In this document: piece by piece, positions 29,578-40,354 of the stretch
How positions within the stretch are numbered: the stretch's first letter is position 1
Layout of the letters: every line of letters begins with the position of its first letter
Assembly (NCBI GenBank): GCA_965229675.1
Contig: OZ245897.1
Coordinates: 1,366,488 to 1,430,487 of the forward strand
Source of the DNA: Alphaproteobacteria bacterium
Lineage (GTDB): Bacteria > Pseudomonadota > Alphaproteobacteria > CBDDJK01
Direction: 5' to 3'
DNA length: 64,000 nucleotides
Program-made: the position numbers and the translations under genes
The notes under the pieces: model-generated
The model's database searches: none
Seen by the model: the letters and a program-made list of their open reading frames with translations, nothing else
What the model was told of the DNA's origin: nothing

Positions 29578-31524
29578 CTAGCTTTTGCGATTTTGACGAT
29601 TTTCAATCAAATCATCAACAACCGATGGATCCGCTAGGGTTGAGGTATCGCCAAGATTAGAAAAATCATCCTCAGCAATTTTGCGTAAAATACGCCGCAT
29701 AATCTTTCCTGATCGTGTCTTTGGCAATCCTGGCGCCCATTGCAACCAATCGGGGGAGGCAATTGGCCCAATATCCTTACGCACCCAATTAACCAATTCT
29801 TTTTTAAGCGCATCTGAAGGTTCACTGCCAACATTCAAGGTAACATAGGCATAAATCCCTTGGCCTTTAATGTCATGGGGCGCACCGACAACTGCAGCCT
29901 CTGCCACTTCTGCATGTTCAACAAGCGAAGATTCAACCTCTGCCGTTCCCATGCGATGGCCTGAAACGTTAATGACGTCATCAACCCTTCCTGTAATCCA
30001 ATAATAGCCATCATCGTCACGGCGGCACCCATCGCCTGTAAAATATTTCCCTTTATAGGTAGAAAAATAAGTCTGCATAAACCGTTCGTGATCGCCATAG
30101 ACCGTTCGCATTTGCCCTGGCCAAGATTCTGTGATGCAAAGATTACCCTCACAAGCCCCCGCAAGCACTTTTCCATCATTATCAACAATTTGCGGCTCAA
30201 CTCCATAAAAGGGCAGGGTAGCTGATCCTGGTTTTAGCGCAATGGCACCAATTTGCGGAGAGATTAAAATCCCTCCTGTTTCAGTTTGCCACCAAGTATC
30301 AACAATCGGACAACGTGAATCCCCAACCACCTTATAATACCATAGCCAAGCTTCGGGATTAATCGGTTCACCAACGGATCCCAATACGCGGAGTGAGGAA
30401 CGGTTGGTTGCCTTTACTGGGGCTTCACCTTCACGCATTAACGCCCTAATCGCAGTGGGGGCTGTATAGAAAATATTAACCTGATGCTTATCGATTACCT
30501 GCCAGAATCTGGAGCTATCTGGATAATTTGGAACCCCTTCAAACATCAGGCTAATTGCACCATTAGCAAGCGGCCCATAAACAATATAGCTATGGCCAGT
30601 AACCCAGCCAACATCGGCGGTACACCAATAAACCTCCCCCTCATGATAATCAAAAATATATTCATGGGTCATGCCCGCATATAGCAAATATCCCCCTGTT
30701 GTATGCAAAACGCCTTTAGGTTTCCCCGTTGAACCTGAAGTATAAAGGATAAAAAGTGGGTCTTCGGCCTGCATTGGTTCTGGTGGACAATCAGCAGATA
30801 CACTTGCACAAGCTGCTTCATACCAATGGTCACGGCCATCAACCCAACCTATTTCACCGCCTGTGCGCTTAACCACCAACACAGAAGTAATGGATGGGCA
30901 ATTTTCTAAAGCTTGGTCAACATTTGCCTTTAACGGGACTTTTTTACCACCGCGCACGCCCTCATCGGCAGTAATGACCATTTTACATTCGCTATCTTGG
31001 ATACGATTAGCCAGTGCATCTGGTGAAAACCCACCAAATACGACCGAATGAACCGCACCAATCCTAGCACAAGCAAGCATGGCATAAGCCGCTTCGGGGA
31101 TCATCGGCATATAAATACAAACACGATCCCCTTTTGATATCCCTTGCGCCTTTAAAACATTTGCAAGCCTGCAAACATGTGCATGCAATTGGCGATAGGT
31201 AATTTTACTGTCTTGGTTAGGCTCATCCCCTTCCCAGATAATGGCAGTCTGATCACCACGCTTTTCCAGATGGCGGTCAATGCAATTATAAGCGACATTT
31301 AAAATACCATCTTCAAACCATTTAATTGAAACATCGGGAACATTAAAATTAACATTACGTCCAATAGTGGGTGCTTTAATCCAGTCAAGGCGCTTTGTTG
31401 CTTGCTCCAACCAAAAACCGTCAGGATCATGCACAGATTTTGCGTATAGCTCGCCATATTGCATTTCATTAATCAATGCGTTCTCACGCGTTTTTCTGTC
31501 AATTGCTATGATTTGATGTTCCAT
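29578..31524 (-). CDS. acs: Acetyl-CoA synthetase (AMP-forming)
   Basis: 648 aa with [19 protein letters not shown], and a C-terminal [12 protein letters not shown]. Confidence 0.95.
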   Translation of the reverse strand: MEHQIIAIDRKTRENALINEMQYGELYAKSVHDPDGFWLEQATKRLDWIKAPTIGRNVNFNVPDVSIKWFEDGILNVAYNCIDRHLEKRGDQTAIIWEGDEPNQDSKITYRQLHAHVCRLANVLKAQGISKGDRVCIYMPMIPEAAYAMLACARIGAVHSVVFGGFSPDALANRIQDSECKMVITADEGVRGGKKVPLKANVDQALENCPSITSVLVVKRTGGEIGWVDGRDHWYEAACASVSADCPPEPMQAEDPLFILYTSGSTGKPKGVLHTTGGYLLYAGMTHEYIFDYHEGEVYWCTADVGWVTGHSYIVYGPLANGAISLMFEGVPNYPDSSRFWQVIDKHQVNIFYTAPTAIRALMREGEAPVKATNRSSLRVLGSVGEPINPEAWLWYYKVVGDSRCPIVDTWWQTETGGILISPQIGAIALKPGSATLPFYGVEPQIVDNDGKVLAGACEGNLCITESWPGQMRTVYGDHERFMQTYFSTYKGKYFTGDGCRRDDDGYYWITGRVDDVINVSGHRMGTAEVESSLVEHAEVAEAAVVGAPHDIKGQGIYAYVTLNVGSEPSDALKKELVNWVRKDIGPIASPDWLQWAPGLPKTRSGKIMRRILRKIAEDDFSNLGDTSTLADPSVVDDLIENRQNRKS

Positions 31525-31567
31525 AATTGTCTCCTCATATCCGAAGCTTTTTTTAAATTCTTCACAA

Positions 31568-31596
31568 TATTATTCACAGATATAATGATTTGACAA
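31568..31596 (-). promoter_or_regulatory. Candidate sigma-70 promoter for acs
   Basis: On the minus strand: TTGTCA (31596-31591), N17, ATAATA (31573-31568), about 40 nt upstream of the acs ATG. Confidence 0.4.
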
Positions 31597-31623
31597 GGGG
31601 GCGTGTCGTCGCATGCTAATTTT

Positions 31624-31652
31624 ATGCTCACACGCCGCAAGGCTCGCCGCAT
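31624..31652. repeat. GC-rich 29-bp direct repeat, copy 1
   Basis: ATGCTCACACGCCGCAAGGCTCGCCGCAT. It matches copy 2 at 28 of 29 positions, offset by 57 bp. Confidence 0.9.
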
Positions 31653-31680
31653 CAGCGGCGGCGCACAGTCGTGCTTGTTG

Positions 31681-31709
31681 ATGATCACACGCCGCAAGGC
31701 TCGCCGCAT
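31681..31709. repeat. GC-rich 29-bp direct repeat, copy 2
   Basis: ATGATCACACGCCGCAAGGCTCGCCGCAT. Confidence 0.9.
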
Positions 31710-31726
31710 TGTAGGGAATAATTAAA

Positions 31727-32050
31727 TCAATGATGCGGGCTATAAAAATTAACCAGTCCAACCCCGATGATAATCAATGCTAAGCCGCATAATGCTTGCC
31801 ATTGTAGGGATTGTGAAAAAACAAAATAGCTAAATATCGTAACTAAAAATACACCAAGCCCTGACCAGCTTGCATAAACAATCGCAATTGGGATCGTTTT
31901 GATTGCAAAGGTAAGCAGATAAAATGAAATCATATAGCAGCTAATTAGCCCAATCGTTGGCAATAATTTTGTAAAATTCGCTGAAATAGGCAATAGCAAC
32001 GTCCCTGCAACTTCAAATAATATTGCGCCAATCATATAAAGATAAGACAT
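31727..32050 (-). CDS. SMR family multidrug/quaternary-cation efflux protein
   Basis: 107 aa, four TM helices, and a conserved membrane Glu in TM1 (ILFEVAGT). Confidence 0.8.
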   Translation of the reverse strand: MSYLYMIGAILFEVAGTLLLPISANFTKLLPTIGLISCYMISFYLLTFAIKTIPIAIVYASWSGLGVFLVTIFSYFVFSQSLQWQALCGLALIIIGVGLVNFYSPHH

Positions 32051-32067
32051 TTACACCACCTATTTAC

Positions 32068-32097
32068 AAAAAAGCCTGCATGGAAGCAGGCTTTTTA
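32068..32097 (-). terminator. Rho-independent terminator after rplM-rpsI (bidirectional architecture)
   Basis: AAAAAAGCCTGC-ATGGAA-GCAGGCTTTTT. The 7-bp GC-rich stem is flanked by A and T tracts, 30 nt after the rpsI stop. Confidence 0.75.
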
Positions 32098-32126
32098 TTA
32101 TTTTATATAATACCAATTGCCAAAAC

Positions 32127-32648
32127 TTAACGCTTGGAGAATTGGAAGCTACGGCGTGCTTTCCTGCGACCATATTTTTTACGCTCAACAATACGGGAGT
32201 CACGGGTTAGATAACCATTTTTCTTCAAAATGGGACGCAAAGCAGGTTCAAATAAAGTCAATGCACGGGAGATCCCATGACGAATTGCCCCAGCTTGCCC
32301 AGAAAGACCACCACCTGTTACGGTACAAACAACATCATATTGTCCAACACGGCTGACCTCGTCAAACGGTTGATTAAGGATCATCCGTAATACAGGGCGC
32401 CCAAAATAATCGGCAATATCACGACCATTGATTGAAACCTCCCCTTTACCAGGCTTAATCCATACGCGCGCGATTGCATTTTTACGCTTTCCTGTTGCAT
32501 AAGCACGCCCGAACGCATCAATTTTTTGTTCGTGTGTTGCAGGCTTATTTGACTCATCCAAATCAGCCTTTTTAACAACGGCCATATTTGCCAGATTTTC
32601 AAGCCCTTTACGTTTTTCAATAGCTTGCGTTGTTTCTTGTTCACTCAT
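32127..32648 (-). CDS. rpsI: 30S ribosomal protein S9
   Basis: C-terminal [11 protein letters not shown]. Confidence 0.95.
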   Translation of the reverse strand: MSEQETTQAIEKRKGLENLANMAVVKKADLDESNKPATHEQKIDAFGRAYATGKRKNAIARVWIKPGKGEVSINGRDIADYFGRPVLRMILNQPFDEVSRVGQYDVVCTVTGGGLSGQAGAIRHGISRALTLFEPALRPILKKNGYLTRDSRIVERKKYGRRKARRSFQFSKR

Positions 32649-32650
32649 CT

Positions 32651-33115
32651 TTAAACGCTCCGTTTATTTTTTGCATTGCGGGAAGCCAAATCTAGCTTAA
32701 CAGGTTGTTGCGCTTCATGTTTATGGTCATTACCACATATTACACGTAAATTGCGCATTTGTTGGCTACCAAGCGGGCCTTTTGGGATCATCCGCTCAAT
32801 CGCTTTGGTAATCACCCGTTCAGGATAACGCCCTTCAAGGATTTTACCTGCTGTTGTGGTTTTAATCCCACCTGGATAGCCTGTATGACGATGATATTGC
32901 TTATCACGCAATTTATTACCTGTCAGGCGCACCCGCTCAGCATTGGTGATAATCACATGATCGCCACAATCAACATGTGGCGTATAGCCTGGCTTATGTT
33001 TGCCACGCAGAAGTTTAGCAACCTCAGCCGCAAGACGGCCTAAAACCATATCGGTTGCGTCAATCTCTATCCATTGTTTTTTAACCTCGGCAGGTTTCAT
33101 GACATAGGTACGCAT
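32651..33115 (-). CDS. rplM: 50S ribosomal protein L13
   Basis: [20 protein letters not shown]...LGRLA. I prefer the ATG at 33115. Confidence 0.95.
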   Translation of the reverse strand: MRTYVMKPAEVKKQWIEIDATDMVLGRLAAEVAKLLRGKHKPGYTPHVDCGDHVIITNAERVRLTGNKLRDKQYHRHTGYPGGIKTTTAGKILEGRYPERVITKAIERMIPKGPLGSQQMRNLRVICGNDHKHEAQQPVKLDLASRNAKNKRSV

Positions 33116-33255
33116 TAATTTTTCCTTTAAAATTAACAATTAATTAAATCCATGCGTCTTTAACGAACACATAGCATAGCGTCAAGTATATTATTAAAAA
33201 AATTTAAAAATTTTTCTAATAATATATATTTTTCAATATGTTAGCGGCAAAGGTA

Positions 33256-34140
33256 TTATAATACCATGCTCGCTGCTTTGTAAGTATTATTCAATAAGCA
33301 GGCAATTGTCATAGGACCAACGCCACCAGGAACGGGTGTGATCGCGGCTGCCACCTTAGCGGCAGATTCAAATTCGACATCGCCAACCAAACGCTGGCGG
33401 GTTTCACCATTTTCTTCAACCGAGATGCGGTTAATACCAACATCAATGACGCAAGCCCCTTGTTTGATCCAGCTTCCTTTAACCATTTCAGGACGCCCAA
33501 CAGCGGCAATCACAATATCAGCCGCTTTTACCAATTCAGGTAAATCACGCGATTTTGAATGGGCAACCGTAACGGTGCAATCCGCCCCCAATAATAATTG
33601 TGCCATAGGCTTCCCAACAATATTAGAACGCCCAACAATCACCGCATTTGCGCCTTTCATATTACCTTTACCATAATAATCTTCCAGCAACATTAAACAG
33701 CCTTGTGGGGTACACGGAACAAGGGCTTGCGGATTGCCCGTTGAAAGCCGTCCAACATTCACAACATGGAAGCCATCAACATCTTTATCAGGATCAATTG
33801 CGGCAAGAATTTTCGCGCTATCAATTTGTGCTGGCAAAGGTAATTGTACTAAAATCCCATGAATTTGGGGGTCTTTATTTAACTGATCAATCAAGGATAA
33901 TAATTCAGACTCTGCCGTGCTAGCCGATAAGCGATGTTCAAAGCTATTCATACCAATTTCTTTGGTTTGTTTGGCCTTATTGCGGACATAAACTTGGCTT
34001 GCAGGGTCTTCCCCAACCAAGACAACCGCAAGCCCTGGAGTAACGCCTTTTGCCGCTTTAAGCGTGGCAACTTGTTCGGTTAAGGTAGCGCGCAAACCTG
34101 CTGCAAAGGCTTTTCCATCAATAAGTTGTGCTGATGACAT
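33256..34140 (-). CDS. folD: Bifunctional methylenetetrahydrofolate dehydrogenase/cyclohydrolase
   Basis: LIDGKAFA..., [27 protein letters not shown]. Confidence 0.95.
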   Translation of the reverse strand: MSSAQLIDGKAFAAGLRATLTEQVATLKAAKGVTPGLAVVLVGEDPASQVYVRNKAKQTKEIGMNSFEHRLSASTAESELLSLIDQLNKDPQIHGILVQLPLPAQIDSAKILAAIDPDKDVDGFHVVNVGRLSTGNPQALVPCTPQGCLMLLEDYYGKGNMKGANAVIVGRSNIVGKPMAQLLLGADCTVTVAHSKSRDLPELVKAADIVIAAVGRPEMVKGSWIKQGACVIDVGINRISVEENGETRQRLVGDVEFESAAKVAAAITPVPGGVGPMTIACLLNNTYKAASMVL

Positions 34141-34222
34141 GCTAAATTTTCTCCTTTTCTTAAAAAATAAAGCTCATTTAATAGTTATTGTCCAAATAAA
34201 AGGCTTTTAAATTCGCGCCTTG

Positions 34223-34885
34223 TTATGTTTTGCGTTCGCCAAATAAGGCACTGCCAACCCGCACAAGGGTTGCACCAACTGTAATTGCTTTATCATAATC
34301 CCCGCTCATTCCCATTGATAATTCGGTAATCCCATATTGATCCGCAAGCTTTTTTAATAAAGCAAAATACGGCGTTGCTAATACGCCCATTGGTGGGATT
34401 GCCATTAACCCCTTAATCGATAGTCCCATGGCACGAGTTTCTTCAATAAAATTAGGGGCTTCTTTGGTTGAAATGCCACTTTTTTGTGGTTCATCACCAA
34501 TGTTTACCTGAATATAAAGTTCTGGCATGGATTGTTCGGGATTTTGTTGTTTCATCGTTAATAATTTATCACGAAGCGATGGACGATCAACCGTTTGAAT
34601 TGTATGAAATAAATCCAAAGCGGCTTTAAGCTTATTGGTTTGCAAAGGGCCAATTAAATGAAGTTCAATATCAGGATAGCGTGCGATAAGATCAGGATAT
34701 TTTGCGGCGGCCTCTTGCACACGGTTTTCACCAAACAGGCGATGCCCTGCCTCCAATAACGGGATAATCTGTTCTGCTGATATGGTTTTGGTAACCGCCA
34801 TTAGGCGCACAGGCTGAATTGGCGCAAGCGGGTGGTCTTCCCTTATGCGTTCAATATCGTTTAAAATTTGTTGATAAGCTTCCAT
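34223..34885 (-). CDS. yggS: YggS family pyridoxal-phosphate homeostasis protein
   Basis: LMAVTKT lysine motif, 220 aa. Confidence 0.85.
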   Translation of the reverse strand: MEAYQQILNDIERIREDHPLAPIQPVRLMAVTKTISAEQIIPLLEAGHRLFGENRVQEAAAKYPDLIARYPDIELHLIGPLQTNKLKAALDLFHTIQTVDRPSLRDKLLTMKQQNPEQSMPELYIQVNIGDEPQKSGISTKEAPNFIEETRAMGLSIKGLMAIPPMGVLATPYFALLKKLADQYGITELSMGMSGDYDKAITVGATLVRVGSALFGERKT

Positions 34886-34887
34886 CC

Positions 34888-36642
34888 TTATTCACCAAAC
34901 TGTAAATGATAGAGCTGGCTATAAAGACCACTTTTTTCCAATAATTCAGCATGGGTACCCGATTCAATTAACTGTCCATCATTTAAAACAACAATACGAT
35001 CTGCATCCAATATGGTTGATAGGCGATGGGCAATCACAATAACCGTACGCCCTTTCATCAATCGCTTTAATGCGGTTTGAACTGCGCGTTCAGTCTCGCT
35101 ATCAAGTGAAGAGGTCGCTTCATCCAATAGCAAAATAGGCGCATCCTTATATAAGGCACGCGCGATTGCCAAACGCTGACGCTGACCACCTGAAAGGGTG
35201 CTTCCCATCTCCCCCAATCTGGTGTCATAGCCTTGTGGCAGGGCTTCAATAAATGTATGGGCTTCTGCTGCCTTTGCTGCTTCAATAATCCGTTCATGAT
35301 CGGCATATTTCCAATCATCCCCACTATCTTTTAAGGCGATATTATGCGCAACCGTATCATCCAAAATCCCTGGTTCTTGCGACACCAAAGCAATATGGGC
35401 GCGCACATCGCCAAGTGATAAATCACGTAAATTTACGCCTCCAAGCAGAACCTCCCCCTGATTGGGATCATAAAGCCGTAAAATTAAATTCATCAGCGTT
35501 GATTTTCCTGAACCAGAAGGCCCAACCAACGCAACAACCTCCCCTTGACCAATATTAAGAGAAATATTTTTTAACGCAGCTTGTTCTTCAGTATAACCAA
35601 AATGCACTTGTTTTAATGCAAGATTGGTTTGTTGCGGAAAGTTAAGCGGGTTTACAGCTTCTTTCACAAAGGGCTTAAGATCAATCATATTAAAACAACG
35701 ATTGGCGGCGGCTAACCCTTGTTGTAACGCCGCATTTAAATTCGCAAGGCTTCGTAACGGCTGAACCGCCGCCATTAAAGCCGCGATAAAGGCCATAATC
35801 TCCCCTGGTGTATTATGGCCTTCACTTACCCGCCATCCACCAAGCAGAATGATGGCAATAACAGCAACCGCCCCTAATAATTCCATGATCGGGCGGATGC
35901 GTGCACGAACTTCGTCCATTTTATATTGTAACTGGCTTTGATGCTCAAACAAGGCGTGGGCTTGCCGCATGGCAAGCGGTTCAGCAACAAAGGCTTTAAC
36001 GATACGAATTGATTTAAAAAAATCATCCAACAAGCCTGTCATGCTACCAAGGTTATTTTGCAACCGATGGGATAATGCCCTTGATTTTCTGCCAATCCAA
36101 ATAATCGGCATGAAAGAAACGGGAAAGATAATAAAAACCGCAATCGTCATTTCAATGCTAATTGACAGCATAAGGCCAATCATCCCAAGCAGGCTTAAGA
36201 AATCGCGTGCAATCCCGATTAACGAGCGCATGGTGGCATCCCGCACAACATAGCTATCAGATAGAAAACGGGCAACAAAACGACCGCTCCCCTCCCCATG
36301 AATTTGTGGAATATCTGCATGAATTGCAGATTGCATCATACGTGCTTGTAACTTCGCAATCAGGTCTGTACCAATTCGGGTTAATAGCAAAATTTGCGTA
36401 TAATCTGCTGCACCTTTTGCAAGGCTGACGATAAGGACAATCCCGCAAATCCAGAAAATTACTTGTTTATTAAGGGCAATCAGCCCTTCGTCAATCGCAG
36501 GTGCAATTAAATAAATTTGTGTTGCATGTAACCCTGCAACAATCGCCAAGGCAAGAATGGCAAGCAGGGTTTTCACCTTATAAATCGCCAGATGATCCCG
36601 CCAAAGACGCTCAATCAAGAATTTAGTTGAAGGTTCACTCAT
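34888..36642 (-). CDS. ABC transporter permease/ATP-binding fusion (MsbA-like exporter)
   Basis: Six-TM N-terminal domain, GPSGSGKST, LSGGQRQR, LLLDEATS. Confidence 0.8.
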   Translation of the reverse strand: MSEPSTKFLIERLWRDHLAIYKVKTLLAILALAIVAGLHATQIYLIAPAIDEGLIALNKQVIFWICGIVLIVSLAKGAADYTQILLLTRIGTDLIAKLQARMMQSAIHADIPQIHGEGSGRFVARFLSDSYVVRDATMRSLIGIARDFLSLLGMIGLMLSISIEMTIAVFIIFPVSFMPIIWIGRKSRALSHRLQNNLGSMTGLLDDFFKSIRIVKAFVAEPLAMRQAHALFEHQSQLQYKMDEVRARIRPIMELLGAVAVIAIILLGGWRVSEGHNTPGEIMAFIAALMAAVQPLRSLANLNAALQQGLAAANRCFNMIDLKPFVKEAVNPLNFPQQTNLALKQVHFGYTEEQAALKNISLNIGQGEVVALVGPSGSGKSTLMNLILRLYDPNQGEVLLGGVNLRDLSLGDVRAHIALVSQEPGILDDTVAHNIALKDSGDDWKYADHERIIEAAKAAEAHTFIEALPQGYDTRLGEMGSTLSGGQRQRLAIARALYKDAPILLLDEATSSLDSETERAVQTALKRLMKGRTVIVIAHRLSTILDADRIVVLNDGQLIESGTHAELLEKSGLYSQLYHLQFGE

Positions 36643-36645
36643 ATT

Positions 36646-37806
36646 TTAAGATTTAAACATAGAAGGACGCGCATCAACCCAAGCCCCTTGTGCTTTCCCG
36701 CTTTTAGCAACTGCATAGATTGCAGCCATTGACCGCAACCCATCTTCTGCGTTTGGATAATTGGTAAAAATTGGATCAATCGCCACCCCTTCTTTCATCG
36801 CGCGGATGGCACCCGCAAGATCAGCATAAAGATTAGCAAAGGCAAGCGGCATTCCCTCCGCATGCCCAATCGTGACATGGCTAGCCCGATCCGCTTCTGG
36901 TGATAAAGCATGTTCGCCGCGCTCAATGATTTGCACACGCCCGCCAAGTGGCGTCCAATATAATTGGTTGGGTTGTTCTTGATGCCAAGCCAATCCGCCT
37001 TTTTCACCAAAGACTTGTAAGGTTAAGCCATGTTGCCTACCAAGCGCAATCGCACTTGTCCATAATCGCCCAACGGCACCACCATCAAAGCGCAAATTCA
37101 CCATTGCGTCATCTTCCAATTGGCGGCTTTCAACGCAACTTACCAAATCAGCAGACAAGCGTTCAACTTCCTGACCAATCACAAAGCTTGCCATATGAAG
37201 AGCATGAATCCCACAATCAGCAAATTGAGCCGAAACGCCAATTTGTGCAGGGTCATACCGCCAACGCACCCGTGGATTATCAGCATCTTGCGCATCGGCA
37301 TGATGGCCATGGGCAAATTCTGCCTTTACCAAACGAATTTTTCCCAATGCTCCCTCGCGGATCATTACCTTCATATGGCGCACCAGTGAATAGCCTGTAT
37401 AGCCATAATTCACGGCACAAATCCGCTTACATTTAGCAGCAAGCTGGACAATATCCTCGGCTTCTTCAACCGTCATTGTCATCGGTTTTTCACAAAATAC
37501 GTGAAAGCCTGCTTCAAGAAACGCTTTTGTAATCGCATAATGGGTTGCATTCGGCGTTGCAACGGTCACAAGATCAATGCGGTCAGGGTGATTCCTTTCC
37601 CCCTCCAGCATTGCTTGCCAATCCCCATAAGCACGCGCTTGATCCAAACCAAGCCGTTTTGCATAATCAATCCCATAATCAGGACGATGGTCAAGGGCAC
37701 CAGCTGTAAAGGTGAAAGCATCTTCAAGACAAGCCCCTAAACGGTGGGCACTACCAATTTGGCTACCTTCACCACCGCCAACCATACCCCATTTAAGCTT
37801 TGTCAT
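36646..37806 (-). CDS. Gfo/Idh/MocA family oxidoreductase
   Basis: N-terminal Rossmann segment KWGMVGGGEGSQIGSAH, and EKP motif (FCEKPM). Confidence 0.85.
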   Translation of the reverse strand: MTKLKWGMVGGGEGSQIGSAHRLGACLEDAFTFTAGALDHRPDYGIDYAKRLGLDQARAYGDWQAMLEGERNHPDRIDLVTVATPNATHYAITKAFLEAGFHVFCEKPMTMTVEEAEDIVQLAAKCKRICAVNYGYTGYSLVRHMKVMIREGALGKIRLVKAEFAHGHHADAQDADNPRVRWRYDPAQIGVSAQFADCGIHALHMASFVIGQEVERLSADLVSCVESRQLEDDAMVNLRFDGGAVGRLWTSAIALGRQHGLTLQVFGEKGGLAWHQEQPNQLYWTPLGGRVQIIERGEHALSPEADRASHVTIGHAEGMPLAFANLYADLAGAIRAMKEGVAIDPIFTNYPNAEDGLRSMAAIYAVAKSGKAQGAWVDARPSMFKS

Positions 37807-37819
37807 GCACTACGATCCT

Positions 37820-38710
37820 TTAAAATCCTATGCTGTTAAGATAGGTACGATTTTTCATCGCATCATCAAGCGGATTAAAGTCCAAAGTTGGGTCACAATC
37901 CTGTTCAACCGTACACCAGCCACTAAATCCACGATCAATCAGCAATTGGTGTAAGGCGGTAAAATCAACATCCCCTTCACCTAAATTACAAAAAATTCCT
38001 TGGCCGCAGGCCTCATAAAAACCAGTGCGCTGATCAATCACCTGTTTCTTAACCTTTGGGTCAATATCCTTAAAGTGAAAATAGCTAATCCGATCATAAT
38101 ATCGCTTGGTAAAAGCAATCGGATCAAAACCTGCATAACTATGATGGCCAGTATCAAAACAGATTTTTAAGATTTGCGCGTCAATTTCATTCAGCAAGCG
38201 TTCAAGCTCTGGTTCAAAATCCATAAAGCCCGCAGCATGGGCATGGATCCCAACCGTTAGCCCATAATCATTTGTGCCAATTTTCGCCGCTTCGCCAATA
38301 CGTTGACGGAAGGCTTGCCATTCTGTGGGATCCATCTGTTCAGCTTCAAACGCACGTCCAGCCGTTGGCGCACGCCTTGGAGAGATCGAGTCAATCAATA
38401 CCAAATGCTTTGCCCCATGCGCTTGTAACGCTTTGCAGGTACGGTGCAACCCATCCAACACATCCGCCCATTGATTGGGATCATGAAACGCACGAAACAC
38501 AACCCCTGCAATCAGTTCAAGATCATATTTGGCTAACGCGTCACGCAAAATCGCAGGGTCTTCGGGCATGAAACCAACAGGGCCAAGTTCAATGCCCTTA
38601 TACCCCGCTTTGGCACATTGTTGAAGTACCGTCTGCCAATCAGGATTGCGTGGGTCATCAGCAAACTCAACCCCCCATGAACAAGGCGCATTCCCTATAT
38701 TGATTGCCAT
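37820..38710 (-). CDS. Sugar phosphate isomerase/epimerase (xylose isomerase-like TIM barrel)
   Basis: 296 aa with a GYKGIELG...HAHAAG...DTGH metal-ligand pattern. Confidence 0.8.
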   Translation of the reverse strand: MAINIGNAPCSWGVEFADDPRNPDWQTVLQQCAKAGYKGIELGPVGFMPEDPAILRDALAKYDLELIAGVVFRAFHDPNQWADVLDGLHRTCKALQAHGAKHLVLIDSISPRRAPTAGRAFEAEQMDPTEWQAFRQRIGEAAKIGTNDYGLTVGIHAHAAGFMDFEPELERLLNEIDAQILKICFDTGHHSYAGFDPIAFTKRYYDRISYFHFKDIDPKVKKQVIDQRTGFYEACGQGIFCNLGEGDVDFTALHQLLIDRGFSGWCTVEQDCDPTLDFNPLDDAMKNRTYLNSIGF

Positions 38711-38877
38711 CCTAACACTCCATTTTAAGTTTTTTCTTAATTTTAAAGATCATGCGTCCTTTAACTGATTTAGGCAGTAATTGCACCTAAAATATTCCCC
38801 ATCAGCATTGTCAAAACCAAACGCTTCGTTTAAAAAACTGGTAACAAATAAAGCTTTTAAAAACAAAGAATTGAATA

Positions 38878-39621
38878 ATGAGTATATGGGGAAAAATAAT
38901 TGGTGCAACGGCAGGGCTTGCCTTGGGTGGTCCAATAGGGGCATTGATTGGTGGAGTTGGTGGGCATTTCATCGATAAAATCCGTCAAGAAGAACGCGCA
39001 AATACCGCACAAGCGGATAATCATCATGATGGACGCAATATGGCCTTTACGATTGGGGTGGTTGTTCTTGGGGCTAAAATGGCAAAAGCTGATGGGCATG
39101 TTACAAAAGATGAAATTGCAGCCTTTAAGACCGTGTTTCAAATCCCACCTGATGAACTTGAATCCGTTGGCACTTTATTTAATCAGGCAAAGCAAGATTC
39201 AGCGGGCTATGAACCCTATGCCTATCAAATTGCGCATATGTTCAAAGATAGCCCTGAAATTTTGGAAGAATTATTATGGTCATTGACTTATATCGCTAAA
39301 GCCGATGGTATCATTCATCCTAATGAGGTGCATTATCTTGAAACAATCGCGCGCATTTTTGGGCTTGATCGGGCTGCGTTTGAACGCATTACCGCGCTTC
39401 ATGATACCCAAGCTGGGGATAGCGATTATAAAATTCTTGGCGTACAGCCAGAAGATGATTTTGAAACAATCAAACAAGCCCATCGTAAGCTGGTTCGCAC
39501 CCATCACCCCGATCATTTAATTGCCAAGGGCATGCCCGAAGAATTTATAGAGCAAGCCAATGATAAAATGGCGCGTATCAATGCCGCCTTTGATAATATC
39601 AAAAAGCAAAGAGGCATTTGA
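38878..39621 (+). CDS. djlA: DjlA-type membrane-anchored J-domain co-chaperone
   Basis: Gly-rich N-terminal TM, TerB-like middle region, and a C-terminal J domain DYKILGV...HHPD. Ends in TGA. Confidence 0.75.
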   Translation: MSIWGKIIGATAGLALGGPIGALIGGVGGHFIDKIRQEERANTAQADNHHDGRNMAFTIGVVVLGAKMAKADGHVTKDEIAAFKTVFQIPPDELESVGTLFNQAKQDSAGYEPYAYQIAHMFKDSPEILEELLWSLTYIAKADGIIHPNEVHYLETIARIFGLDRAAFERITALHDTQAGDSDYKILGVQPEDDFETIKQAHRKLVRTHHPDHLIAKGMPEEFIEQANDKMARINAAFDNIKKQRGI

Positions 39622-39636
39622 TAAAAGGTTAAACTG

Positions 39637-40344
39637 GTGATTGAGTCACAAATTAAGCAATTCCCTTCCCCTAATTACGATGCCCGTAAGGAAGCCAATA
39701 ATGAAAATGAAGAAATAAAATGGATCATTCTTCATGGAACATGGATGGAAAATTTTTCTGCGGCACTAGCGCGCCTTTGTGATCGGGAGGCAAACGTATC
39801 AAGTCATTATGCGATTGACCGTAATGGGATGTGTTATCAGCTGGTGGCAGAACAACATCGCGCTTGGCATGCAGGCGTTAGCTATTGGCAAGGGGAGACT
39901 CAATTAAACGCCCAATCAATTGGCATTGAGCTTGATAATGACGGCACACAGCCTTATTCTGATCAACAGATTGAACGGCTAATCATCTTATTACATGATT
40001 TAATCGCACGTTATAAATTGTCAGGCGATGCAATCTTGGCACACAGCGATATTGCACCCGACCGTAAAGATGATCCAGGCGGGCAGTTTCCATGGGATTT
40101 GTTGGCTGCAGAAGGGTTAGGAATCTGGCCGCCTTATCAAAATTATTGGAATAAAGCTTATTGCGATCAGCTATCGCCCCAATTATTAAAAAAAGAATTA
40201 GATGACGCGCTGGATAAAATCGGTTACGATCCTCACGCTAAATATAAAATAACAGCGTTTCAGCGGCATTTTTGCCCTGATAACATCACAAATGAAGCAG
40301 ATTCGAAGACTCTGATTCTTGCAAGGCGCATTTTATCGCGGTAA
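39637..40344 (+). CDS. N-acetylmuramoyl-L-alanine amidase (AmpD-like, amidase_2)
   Basis: GTG start, with HYAIDRNG and RAWHAG motifs. Confidence 0.8.
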   Translation: MIESQIKQFPSPNYDARKEANNENEEIKWIILHGTWMENFSAALARLCDREANVSSHYAIDRNGMCYQLVAEQHRAWHAGVSYWQGETQLNAQSIGIELDNDGTQPYSDQQIERLIILLHDLIARYKLSGDAILAHSDIAPDRKDDPGGQFPWDLLAAEGLGIWPPYQNYWNKAYCDQLSPQLLKKELDDALDKIGYDPHAKYKITAFQRHFCPDNITNEADSKTLILARRILSR

Positions 40345-40354
40345 ATGATTAGGC

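Noticed and set aside
31506-31709. A 67-aa ORF whose product repeats MRRALRRV twice, considered as a possible leader peptide upstream of acs.
   Set aside because: The repeated peptide is simply the translation of the two DNA repeat copies, which are 57 bp or 19 codons apart. The ORF overlaps the acs start and lies upstream of the best candidate acs promoter. It has no RBS.
38786-38800. A sigma-54-like string AGGCAGTAATTGCAC upstream of djlA.
   Set aside because: The GG-to-GC spacing is two bases too short for a -24/-12 promoter.
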